DNA of 64,000 bases, taken from positions 395,673 to 459,672 of the forward strand of contig NHDW01000004.1 in assembly GCA_002170535.1 (NCBI GenBank), written 5' to 3'. This DNA comes from Methylococcaceae bacterium TMED69. Lineage in GTDB: Bacteria > Pseudomonadota > Gammaproteobacteria > Ga0077536. The position numbers and the translations under genes were made by a program. Below are positions 22,906-32,282 of this stretch, piece by piece (positions within the stretch are counted from its first letter, which is position 1; each line of letters begins with the position of its first letter). The notes beneath the pieces are model-generated. The model saw nothing but the letters and a program-made list of their open reading frames with translations. It was not told where the DNA came from and made no database searches.

Positions 22906-24117
22906 TTAATTTTTGAATTGAGAAATAAAAAGATCAATACTCTTATAAAGATGGCTCATCATTTCTTCATTTAGACCATGATGGCATGCTAATAGAATGC
23001 CTTGTCTCATAACCCTATCAGCATTAACAAATTCGTCTGCATCACCGACATGCTTTACATTTTTCATCATTGGCTGCCTAATGATATTTCCAGTGAAGAC
23101 AACTCTTGTCTGTATATTCCTTTTTTCAAGGAAGATTTGCATATCAGTTCTTGAAAATGGCGCTTCCTCTTTTACAATCATAGGGAAAGCTAGCCAACAT
23201 GTATATGCATTTGGATTTTGTTCAGGTAACGCAAAAAAATTACTATATTTTGAGAGGAAATTTATATGTGAATTAAAATGACTATTTCTAAGTTCCATAT
23301 TTTTATCAAGTTTTTTTAGCTGAACTAAAGCAAAAGCTGCACTGATCTCTGATGGTTCAAGCTGATACCCTAGTTCCTCAAAGACAAATTTTGCGTCGTA
23401 TTGGATGCCATCAAGATGTACGTTAAATCTATTTTCTATGGCTTCACTTTCAACGAATAAAGACGAGCTTCTTCCCCAAGATCTTAACAAACTACATTTG
23501 TCTGCTATTTTTTTATCAGATGTAACAACCATACCTCCATTACCAGCACCATTAATAATGTGAGATCCATAAAAGCTTGTTATGGCAACGTCAGCGAATG
23601 TTCCAGTCGATACTCCATTATATGTAGCTCCAATAGTGTCAGCTGAGTCTACTAGAATTTTAAGATTGTATTTATCTGCTAAATCTCTAATAAGTGGCCA
23701 CTCGCATATGTTTCCCATTAAATCAGGTGCAGCTATTGCAACTGTATTTTCATTAATCTTTTCTTCAATTTGTGTTTCATCGATACAATATGTATTTTTT
23801 TTTACATCAACAAAGACCGGTATTAATTCATTATTAACTAGAGATGCTATCGTTGTTCCAAAGGTTAATGCAGGAGTTATAACTTCTCCGTTTTTAGGAA
23901 AATTCATTGCTTCAATTGCAAGATACAATGCTGAAGTACCAGAATTAACCATAATACCAAAGTCTTTTGAATATTTTTCTGCAACTTTCGATTCAAATTC
24001 ACGAACATTTTTTGACATTTGCGTAGTGGTCTTAAGGACATCTACCACTGCGTTTATCTCATCATCTCCATGAACTGTAGAACCATAAGGAACCCTTATA
24101 AATTCATTCATAATCAT
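22906..24117 (-). CDS. DegT/DnrJ/EryC1-family PLP/PMP sugar-modifying enzyme, 3-dehydratase-like (His replaces the Schiff-base Lys)
   Basis: 403 aa with the fold-type I sugar aminotransferase layout (NSGTSALYLA, DSADTIG). At the motif SF..(K) it reads SFYGSHIINGAGNGG. His186 (codon 23560-23562, plus strand gtg = CAC) sits where the lysine normally is. Confidence 0.8.
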   Translation of the reverse strand: MIMNEFIRVPYGSTVHGDDEINAVVDVLKTTTQMSKNVREFESKVAEKYSKDFGIMVNSGTSALYLAIEAMNFPKNGEVITPALTFGTTIASLVNNELIPVFVDVKKNTYCIDETQIEEKINENTVAIAAPDLMGNICEWPLIRDLADKYNLKILVDSADTIGATYNGVSTGTFADVAITSFYGSHIINGAGNGGMVVTSDKKIADKCSLLRSWGRSSSLFVESEAIENRFNVHLDGIQYDAKFVFEELGYQLEPSEISAAFALVQLKKLDKNMELRNSHFNSHINFLSKYSNFFALPEQNPNAYTCWLAFPMIVKEEAPFSRTDMQIFLEKRNIQTRVVFTGNIIRQPMMKNVKHVGDADEFVNADRVMRQGILLACHHGLNEEMMSHLYKSIDLFISQFKN

Positions 24118-24990
24118 TTCCTCATACTAGGGGTATTTTAAGGCATTAAAATATAACGATATTATAAATTGCTGCCTATAATTTATCTATTGATTCAGCT
24201 AAAGAAACCCTTACTGACAAAATAAATTTTGCTTTTATCTTTCTCAATTTGGAACATCTACGGCTTTCATTGGAGTTTCGTCATTTCTATTTTGAGTTTT
24301 ACTTTTAATGATTTTTCCGTTTTTTCACATACCATTTTAGCTAAGTCATCATACTTTTCAACATTTGCTCTTTTTTTGGTTTTGATAAAGATAATCAGGT
24401 TTGCAAAACTCCAGTAGTTCTTTCGAAAAATTTGTAATTTTAAAAATGCTAAATCACTGTTTACACAAGCCTTTTCTGGTAGACAGAGATGTAGTAATGA
24501 AGTAAAAAAACTTTTAAATTATTTGGAAACTTGATTTTGTTTCTCGCAAATCTTTGCTATATCAGATTTTGTAAAATTGCAATTATCGAGTGAGAAAAAC
24601 TTTTTGACTAACTATGATTAACACTTGAAACGACACGTTTCGTAATTAGATTTATCCAATTTCTTGATTATTTCATGAGTTAAATTACCGACATTTGGAA
24701 CAAACTCAAATCGGTTAAAATGTGGATTAATAAAGTGACCAAAGCTTTTGCGCCAACGGTCGACCCTAACCAAATTGTTAATTGTTTACAGGTTTCAGAG
24801 CCCTAGGTCTATTAATAGCTCATAAATTTATAAAAAACCTATCTATAAATCGTAAAGATTGGTAAATTAATATTGATTTATTATTTGATGCATTGAATTT
24901 TAGTATCGGACAGCATATTTAAATTGTGGACGACTCAATTCATTCAGATTAAATCTAAAAATTCTTGGATGACTTTAGAAAGGGGGCAAA

Positions 24991-26706
24991 ATGAAATTAA
25001 AAGGATCTGATCTATTCGTAAAAGCCTTGGAGAATGAGGGGGTCGAATATATTTTTGGTATTCCCGGTGAGGAAAATTTAGATTTTCTCGATAGCCTCTC
25101 ACGCTCAAAATCAATTAGACTTATTTTAACTAGGCATGAACAGGGGGCTGGCTTCATGGCGGCCGTTTACGGTAGATTAACTGGCAAAGCAGGGGTTTGT
25201 ATTTCTACTTTGGGACCGGGGGCCACAAACTTCACAACTTCTGCGGCTTATGCCCAGCTGGGTGGCATGCCAATGTTGATGATTACAGGACAAAAACCAG
25301 TTAAAAGCTCGAAACAAGGGCGCTTCCAAATATTGGACGTCGTTGAAATGATGAAGCCAATTACCAAATATGCTATCCAGTTGGTAGCTGCTGATAACAT
25401 CCCAAGTCGTGTCAGAGAAGCTTTGAGAATCGCTGAGCAGGAGAAACCTGGAGCTACCCATTTAGAACTTCCCGAGGATATAGCGGACGAATCTTCAGAT
25501 GAACGACCTATCAAGCCTTCCTCAGTGAGAAGGCCCGTCGCAGAATTTAAATCAATCAGTATGGCGGTGAAAAAGATAGCACAAGCAAAAAGTCCAATAA
25601 TCGTTATAGGCGCGGGGGCAAATCGCAAATTAACGAGTAACATGTTGACTGATTTTGTAAATGAGACGGGCATCCCGTTCGTGAGCACCCAGCTGGGGAA
25701 AGGGGTGATTGATGAAAGACATCCACTTTTTATGGGGTGTGCCGCGTTGTCATCAGGTGATTTTGTTCACAGAGCTATCGAGGCTGCTGATTTGATTATA
25801 AATATTGGTCATGATGTTATAGAAAAGCCTCCTTTTTTTATGACACATGGAACTGCACGGGATCAGGAAATAAGCCACTCATCTGAGGCGGAGCCAGTTT
25901 TAGTGTCTAAAAGCACCCAAGTGATCCATGTTTCTTTTAGCCCAGCGGAAGTTGATCCAGTCTATTTTCCTCAACTAGAGATAATCGGCGATATTGCTAA
26001 CGCTGTATGGCAAATCAAAACCGAGCTTTCTAAAAAAGGAAACTTTGGTTGGGACTTTAGTAGAATGATGGAAGTAAAAAAGCATCACGATAAGAATATC
26101 GCCGAGGGGAATGATGATCCTAGGTTTCCAATTTATCCTCAACGTCTGGTCTCAGATATACGAAGGGTCATGCCTGAAGACGGAATGATATGCTTAGATA
26201 ATGGAGTTTACAAAATTTGGTTCGCTCGTAATTACCCAGCCTACCAGTCGAACACGTGTTTACTTGATAATGCATTAGCTACCATGGGTGCAGGATTGCC
26301 ATCAGCAATGGCCTCTTATCTCGTTTATCCTGATAGAAAAATAATGGCAATTTGCGGAGATGGTGGTTTTATGATGAACTCGCAGGAGTTGGAGACAGCA
26401 GTTCGTTTGCAGATGAACATTACTTGTCTGATACTTAATGATTCTAGTTACGGTATGATTCGTTGGAAACAAGCCAACATGGGGTTTGAAGATTGGGGTC
26501 TCGAATATGGTAATCCAGATTTTGTAAAATATGCTGAGAGTTACGGAGCAAATGGTCATCGAATTAATAGTTCTGAGACTTTAATTGCTACATTAGAAAC
26601 CTGTTTGAATAGTCCTGGTGTTCATCTTATAGATTGTCCCGTAGATTACTCTGAGAATGATGAACTACTTAATAAGAGGATTAAGGAACAGAGTGCTAAA
26701 ATTTAA
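24991..26706 (+). CDS. Thiamine-diphosphate enzyme of the acetolactate synthase/2-ketoacid decarboxylase family
   Basis: 571 aa. The N-terminal Pyr domain reads GIPGEENLDFLD...RHEQGAGFMA, and the TPP-binding motif is GDGGFMMNSQELET...N. Confidence 0.88.
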   Translation: MKLKGSDLFVKALENEGVEYIFGIPGEENLDFLDSLSRSKSIRLILTRHEQGAGFMAAVYGRLTGKAGVCISTLGPGATNFTTSAAYAQLGGMPMLMITGQKPVKSSKQGRFQILDVVEMMKPITKYAIQLVAADNIPSRVREALRIAEQEKPGATHLELPEDIADESSDERPIKPSSVRRPVAEFKSISMAVKKIAQAKSPIIVIGAGANRKLTSNMLTDFVNETGIPFVSTQLGKGVIDERHPLFMGCAALSSGDFVHRAIEAADLIINIGHDVIEKPPFFMTHGTARDQEISHSSEAEPVLVSKSTQVIHVSFSPAEVDPVYFPQLEIIGDIANAVWQIKTELSKKGNFGWDFSRMMEVKKHHDKNIAEGNDDPRFPIYPQRLVSDIRRVMPEDGMICLDNGVYKIWFARNYPAYQSNTCLLDNALATMGAGLPSAMASYLVYPDRKIMAICGDGGFMMNSQELETAVRLQMNITCLILNDSSYGMIRWKQANMGFEDWGLEYGNPDFVKYAESYGANGHRINSSETLIATLETCLNSPGVHLIDCPVDYSENDELLNKRIKEQSAKI

Positions 26707-26773
26707 AAAAGGTTTGGATGATCAAAGATTTCAAATTTTAAGTTTGATTAGAATTTTTATGGTGGATAATTAA

Positions 26774-28216
26774 ATGACAAGCTTACGAAAAGAATACCCT
26801 TATATTTTAGCTAACAAAGCTGTTTATGCTAATTTGAATTTAGAAGTTACCGATAAGTATACGGGGGAAGTTGCGACAAGAGTAGCAATAGCTGATTCAA
26901 ACGTGATCGAGACAGGTATCCAGGCTGCGGTAGATTCAGTGGATCCTTTAGCTCAAATGGCTACTTTCGAGAGGCAGGCGGTTTTAGAACACTGTGTAAA
27001 TAGGTTTAGAGAGCTTTTCGATGAACTTGCGTTTGCATTATGTATTGAAGCGGGTAAACCAATAAACGATGCTAAAGGAGAGGTTGAGAGGTTAATTGAC
27101 ACATTTAAAGTCGCTGCAGAGGAAACTACTAGATTTAATGGCGAGCTTCAATCTTTAGACATAAGTCCTAGAGCGATAGGCTATAGGGGTATGTGGAAGA
27201 GGGTACCAATAGGTCCATGCTCTTTTATATCGCCGTTTAATTTCCCATTAAACTTAGCTGCGCATAAAATTGCTCCAGCAATCGCTGTTGGTTGCCCGTT
27301 CGTGATGAAGCCGGCATCTCGAACACCATTGGGAGCAATCATTATGGGTGAGGTCCTGGCTGAGACTAATCTACCTAAAGGTGCTTTTTCTATTCTTCCA
27401 TGTTCACGAGATGGTGCGGATCTGTTTACAATTGACGAGCGATTAAAATTGCTTTCATTTACAGGTTCTCCTGCCGTTGGATGGGACCTTAAAGCTCGAT
27501 GTGGCAAAAAGAAAGTTGTATTAGAGTTGGGAGGTAATGCTGCTGCAATAATCGATGAGGATGCGGATATAGACTATACCGTGGATCGTTTAATCTTTGG
27601 TGCTTTTTATCAATCAGGTCAGTCATGTATTGGTGTACAACGTATTTTAGTGCATGAGCGTATTTATGATTCTGTGAAATCAAAGCTGGTGGAAAAAGCA
27701 GGTTCACTTGTTGTAGGCGACCCTAGAGATGAAAAGACTTTTATAGGGCCTATGATTGCTGAAAGCGAGGCTTCTCGTTTGTCTGGTTGGATTGATGAGG
27801 CCCTAGAAGCTGGAGGAAAGCTGTTGTGCGGAGGCAAGCGAGACGGTGCACTCTTGGAGGCTACTATTCTTGAAGATGTCCCTAAAAATACTAATGTGTG
27901 TACGGAAGAAGCTTTTGGCCCTGTTGCAGTGTTACAAAAGTTCTCCACTTGGGAGCAAGCTATAGAAATGGTAAATGACTCGAAATTTGGATTGCAAGCA
28001 GGCATTTTCACTCGAGATTTTTATAAGATACAACTGGCTTGGGATAAGCTTGATGTTGGTGGTGTGGTTGTAGGGGATGTACCTTCATACAGAGTAGACA
28101 ATATGCCATATGGAGGTGTGAAAGATTCCGGTTTGGGCAGAGAAGGGATTCGATTCGCAATGGAGGATATGTCTGAAATTAGGAATCTTGTAATAAGAAC
28201 GTTACCGCTCGCTTAG
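26774..28216 (+). CDS. NAD(P)-dependent aldehyde dehydrogenase
   Basis: 480 aa with the catalytic Glu motif LELGGNA and Cys motif GQSCIGVQR. The C-terminus carries PYGGVKDSGLGREG. Confidence 0.92.
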   Translation: MTSLRKEYPYILANKAVYANLNLEVTDKYTGEVATRVAIADSNVIETGIQAAVDSVDPLAQMATFERQAVLEHCVNRFRELFDELAFALCIEAGKPINDAKGEVERLIDTFKVAAEETTRFNGELQSLDISPRAIGYRGMWKRVPIGPCSFISPFNFPLNLAAHKIAPAIAVGCPFVMKPASRTPLGAIIMGEVLAETNLPKGAFSILPCSRDGADLFTIDERLKLLSFTGSPAVGWDLKARCGKKKVVLELGGNAAAIIDEDADIDYTVDRLIFGAFYQSGQSCIGVQRILVHERIYDSVKSKLVEKAGSLVVGDPRDEKTFIGPMIAESEASRLSGWIDEALEAGGKLLCGGKRDGALLEATILEDVPKNTNVCTEEAFGPVAVLQKFSTWEQAIEMVNDSKFGLQAGIFTRDFYKIQLAWDKLDVGGVVVGDVPSYRVDNMPYGGVKDSGLGREGIRFAMEDMSEIRNLVIRTLPLA

Positions 28217-28884
28217 AATAAAGGCAGTTGACCCTGGTTAGTTTAATTAAAAAATTTACAGCACTAGGAAGCGAATGTTTCAAACAAAAATAATTAATTA
28301 GAACTCTTCATAATACATATTTGCTAAATAAATCACTTTAAAGTTAAGAAGATTAATTTAGAAACTAATTTTGATATGGGGATTCAGTATTATAATCTTG
28401 CCCTTTGATGAATTTTTTTGAGTATACATACAACCATGAAATTTTTTTAAAAAATATTCTTAAATTATTAAAATACGCCGGTTGCTTAGAGGTTTCTCTT
28501 CCACACTAACTGCATTAATAAAACTTTTCACTTTCTACATAGATGCCAATAATTATTAAATCAGTCGTTGATAAATATCGTTCTTGTTAAAAGATAGGAA
28601 ATTTTAACTTTTCATGACGATGTAAGCAGATTATCGAACATGATTTTGTCAGAATTGTGGCATTTATATCTATCACAGTCGTAGGGGAGTTCCATCCCAT
28701 ATTAGTTGATATTTGCATGTTGAGAAATTGTTGAAATAGTACCGACATTATTAGCGGAAGTTGTACACAGGCGGCGAAGCGATTAATAACTCTTGATTTG
28801 ATTATTTGCACGACTATTTTCGAAAGCATTATATCTGTATTATATTAAAAACCATGAGCTAAGAATAAAAACAGGAATATTTTT

Positions 28885-29919
28885 TTGAGAATTTATAAGA
28901 TCATTAGGCCGGTCATCTTTAGGTTTGAGCCTGAGATTTCACACAAGTTTATACTTAATAGCTTAAAACTGTTTGGGACCATAAGGTTAGATGAAAGAGA
29001 TGATCCTTTATTGGAAAATTATTTATTTGGTAAGAAGTTTTCTAATCCTTTCGGTTTGGCTGCGGGGTTTGATAAAAATGCTGAAGTTATAGGTGGGATA
29101 AGCAATCTAGGATTCGGATTTACCGAAGTCGGTACTCTTACGCCAAAACCTCAGGACGGTAATCCTCGTCCAAGACTTTTCCGGTTGAGATCCGATCAAG
29201 CAATCATTAATAGATTAGGATTCAATAACCTAGGCTTCAACTATGCTTACAACAATATAAAAAAAGTGAATCGAAAGCTACCAATAGGCATTAATTTAGG
29301 GGCAAATCGAGAAACCTTGAATAAAGTCGAGGACTATTTGGATGGGGTGGAAAAATTCGATAACCTTGCGGGTTATTTAACAATCAATATTTCTTCACCG
29401 AATACACCGGGATTACGTAAATTACAACAGCGCGATGAGTTAGATACGCTTTTAAAAGCGTTTAAAACAAAAAGTATTAAATCAAAAATATTTATTAAAA
29501 TTGCACCCGATTTGAGTGACGAGAATCTGCAAGATATTGTAAGTACCGCAATAAAATACCAAGTGCAGGGGTTGGTAGTTTGTAATACTACTACAGAAAG
29601 AAATTATCCTTTGAAAGATAATTGTTCTATCGAAAAAGGTGGTCTTTCTGGCCCGCCCCTGGTTGATATATCGGCAAGGATGGTATCTGATATCTTTGCG
29701 GTTGCAGGTAATCGGTTAACTCTTATTGGAGTTGGAGGAGTTTCCAACGGCAGGGAGGCTTACGAGAGGATAGCCAAGGGTGCCAGCCTATTACAACTAT
29801 ACACTGCTTTGATTTATCAAGGACCATTTTTGATCAAAAATTTAAAAAAAGAACTTATTCAACTAATGAAGGATGATGGAATAAGAGATATAAGTTCTTT
29901 AATAGGTACAGCGTGTTAA
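28885..29919 (+). CDS. pyrD: Dihydroorotate dehydrogenase (quinone), class 2
   Basis: TTG start. It carries the motifs GLAAGFDKN, RLGFNNLG, NISSPNTPGLR and GGLSGPPL. Confidence 0.92.
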   Translation: MRIYKIIRPVIFRFEPEISHKFILNSLKLFGTIRLDERDDPLLENYLFGKKFSNPFGLAAGFDKNAEVIGGISNLGFGFTEVGTLTPKPQDGNPRPRLFRLRSDQAIINRLGFNNLGFNYAYNNIKKVNRKLPIGINLGANRETLNKVEDYLDGVEKFDNLAGYLTINISSPNTPGLRKLQQRDELDTLLKAFKTKSIKSKIFIKIAPDLSDENLQDIVSTAIKYQVQGLVVCNTTTERNYPLKDNCSIEKGGLSGPPLVDISARMVSDIFAVAGNRLTLIGVGGVSNGREAYERIAKGASLLQLYTALIYQGPFLIKNLKKELIQLMKDDGIRDISSLIGTAC

Positions 29920-30221
29920 AAAATAAAATAAAGGAAAATATTCCAGTATGTGGACTTTGTGGGCGGGAGATTCCAGATCATGTGCCGCAAAGCAAACATC
30001 ACCTTATCCCACGGTCCAAAGGGGGTAAGAAAAGCCCGGTTATTTTGTTGCACCATCAATGCCATAAAGAAATCCATTCTAAATTCTCTGACTCAGCACT
30101 TGCGATAAGCTATAATTCTGTAAATAAATTAAGAAACTCGAGTCAATTAAAAGGATTTATTAGGTGGATAAGAAAGAGACCTCCGGGATTTTTGTCTAGG
30201 ACAAAAAGACCAACCAAGTAG
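29913..30221 (+). CDS. Small HNH-motif nuclease-family protein
   Basis: 102 aa. The GTG start overlaps the pyrD stop. The sequence CGLCG...SKHHLIPRSKGG...LLHHQCHKEIH looks like an HNH/zinc finger. Confidence 0.6.
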   Translation: MLKNKIKENIPVCGLCGREIPDHVPQSKHHLIPRSKGGKKSPVILLHHQCHKEIHSKFSDSALAISYNSVNKLRNSSQLKGFIRWIRKRPPGFLSRTKRPTK

Positions 30222-30282
30222 TCGAAGCAAGTGTGAGCTTTGAATAAAATAGTTTAACTATTGCGTAGGGCGAGTTATTGGA

Positions 30283-30996
30283 ATGAATAAAATTAACAAA
30301 TTAGTAAAAAAGTTTTTGAAACTAATAAGAGATCTAATCAATTTTTTTCTTATTCCGTTCAATCTCTGTATTGTTCATAACAATGTAAACAAAGATTTTG
30401 TTCTATATAAATATAATTCGTACGATGAATACCATAAAACCCAAATTGATCATAATATTCGTAAACTTTCTAAGATCTGGGCGGATGATAGGACTTTAGA
30501 TAGAGTTGCGGAGAAAGCTTTAAGTTTAAAAGCGGACGAGACTATCAAAGGGATTTGTCATGGCACACGAAACGGCTTTGAACAACAATATCTGACTTCA
30601 AATTTCGAGAGAATTCATGCTATTGGAACTGATATTTCAGTGTCTGCCAGTGAATTTCCGTTATCGTTTGTTTGGGATTTTCATGAAAGAAAGATCGCGT
30701 GGGTGGAATCTTTTGATTTTGTATATAGCAACTCTCTTGATCAAGCTTGGAATCCCAAAAAAGCAATGACTTCTTGGTTAGAACAGCTTAATTCGGCGGG
30801 TTTATTAATAGTCGAACTTACAGTGAATCACGGTCCTGAGGGCGCATCCATCATGGACCCTTTCGGAGTCCGCCCAATTGCATTCCCATATGTTTTATCC
30901 GAATGGTTTGGAGAAAAAGTTAAGATTTCACATTCTGTTGAGAAAAAATCGAATATGGACTTGGATGCCTGGCTTTTTTTTATATCAAAAGTGTAG
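30283..30996 (+). CDS. Hypothetical protein, class I SAM-methyltransferase-like
   Basis: 237 aa. It has a weak Rossmann-type motif GICHGTRNGFEQ...IGTDIS...FDFVYSNSLDQ. The family is not firmly recognised. Confidence 0.5.
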   Translation: MNKINKLVKKFLKLIRDLINFFLIPFNLCIVHNNVNKDFVLYKYNSYDEYHKTQIDHNIRKLSKIWADDRTLDRVAEKALSLKADETIKGICHGTRNGFEQQYLTSNFERIHAIGTDISVSASEFPLSFVWDFHERKIAWVESFDFVYSNSLDQAWNPKKAMTSWLEQLNSAGLLIVELTVNHGPEGASIMDPFGVRPIAFPYVLSEWFGEKVKISHSVEKKSNMDLDAWLFFISKV

Positions 30997-31555
30997 AGAA
31001 CACGCACAAAACTTTAAAAAATACGAAATTTGTAAAGTGTTTTCCGGAATTTTTTGGGGGGAGCTTACTTTTTTTCTTAACCACTAGCAAATCGACTCAA
31101 TTTATGGCTTAATAGCGGGTAATTAGGTATGAACCAACCTTGTTTGAAATCTGGAGGTATATATGGAATCGATAGAGGGCTTGATAGTGATACTATTTTG
31201 GGCATTAGTTCTAACACGTTTTCTACCAAAGAAAAATCCCACGAGGCGGTCATGATAAAATTAACCGTAAATTTTGTAAGGCTTCTTTTTCTCTGGATTA
31301 TAGGAAGAACTCGATTTAGCATGATACAAATAGGTTTGGGTTTGATTTCCAGATACATTAAAAAGAGCGTCCGTAGCTCTACAATTAGTCCTGAGATGAG
31401 ACGAAGGGAGCTAAATGATATTTCATCTACACTGAGGCTTATCGCAGGCGACTAAAGTTCCAGTTTCTACTGTGGCACACCAACCTTAACCCTATCTGCG
31501 GTAGAGTGACGTTATGTTATTCTAAACTAAATATAAAGTGATGGGAGCAAGGATT

Positions 31556-32245
31556 ATGAGATCAAATGAAGACCAATTTTTTAATTCAAATGAAATTTCT
31601 GAGATGGAAAAACGAACGGTCGATAGGATTGTTGAAGCGATTGATAATGGGGATTACGAGAAAGCCAAAAAACTCACCCATCGAATGTATAATGAATTCT
31701 TATCTATGCATGATTTATATCGGAACTGGGTAACAAGTTTGCTTAGTGAAATAGGAAGGAGATATGGTGATCAAGATTTAGAAATAATCATGAACGAAAG
31801 TTGCAAGTCATGGTGGCGGCCAATTAGAAAAAAAATCAAACAAAGTTCAAATGATTTAAAAACACAAATCAAAATGTTCATATCAGGTCTTCATGGACAC
31901 TTACAACCTCTTGAAATAAGTGAAGATTCAGAGAAAATAACCGTTAAGATGAAACCTTGTGGAAGCGGTGGGAGACTTGTACAGGAAGGAAAATATGAGG
32001 GCAGGGACTCCTTCTTGATGCTAAAAAAAGCTCAAAAGATTACATACGGTAGAACTGACTTTCCCGTCTATTGTGCACATGAGGCTGCAATGGAAAATGT
32101 TGATTTTGAGGACGATGGAACACCATTTGTAATTGTAGAGCCGGCAAAAGAAATCGGGAAGGACCACTGCTCTTTTATCTGTTATAAAAAAGATTCTTAT
32201 GTTCCAAAAAAATATTACGAGCGTTTGGGCTATAAAAAGAAATAA
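31556..32245 (+). CDS. Hypothetical protein with C-terminal Cys motifs (unknown family)
   Basis: The frame is open from 31538. The ATG at 31556 lies 8 nt after a GGAG. The N-terminal half is helical and the C-terminal half contains KPCGSGGR, VYCAHEA and HCSFICYK. Confidence 0.6.
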   Translation: MRSNEDQFFNSNEISEMEKRTVDRIVEAIDNGDYEKAKKLTHRMYNEFLSMHDLYRNWVTSLLSEIGRRYGDQDLEIIMNESCKSWWRPIRKKIKQSSNDLKTQIKMFISGLHGHLQPLEISEDSEKITVKMKPCGSGGRLVQEGKYEGRDSFLMLKKAQKITYGRTDFPVYCAHEAAMENVDFEDDGTPFVIVEPAKEIGKDHCSFICYKKDSYVPKKYYERLGYKKK

Positions 32246-32282
32246 TTTAGATTGGGGTATTAAGTTGAATCGGAGACTAATA

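Noticed and set aside
24229-24417. 62-aa plus-strand ORF in the 873-bp spacer
   Set aside because: It is Phe/Ile/Ser-rich in a way typical of AT-rich non-coding DNA. It has no RBS-like sequence and no recognisable motif.
28587-28829. 80-aa minus-strand ORF upstream of pyrD
   Set aside because: I saw no ribosome-binding site, signal or family motif. I kept it only as part of the long-spacer observation.
30878-31087. 69-aa ORF overlapping the 3' end of the gene at 30283-30996
   Set aside because: It is an alternative frame of a longer ORF with no supporting features.
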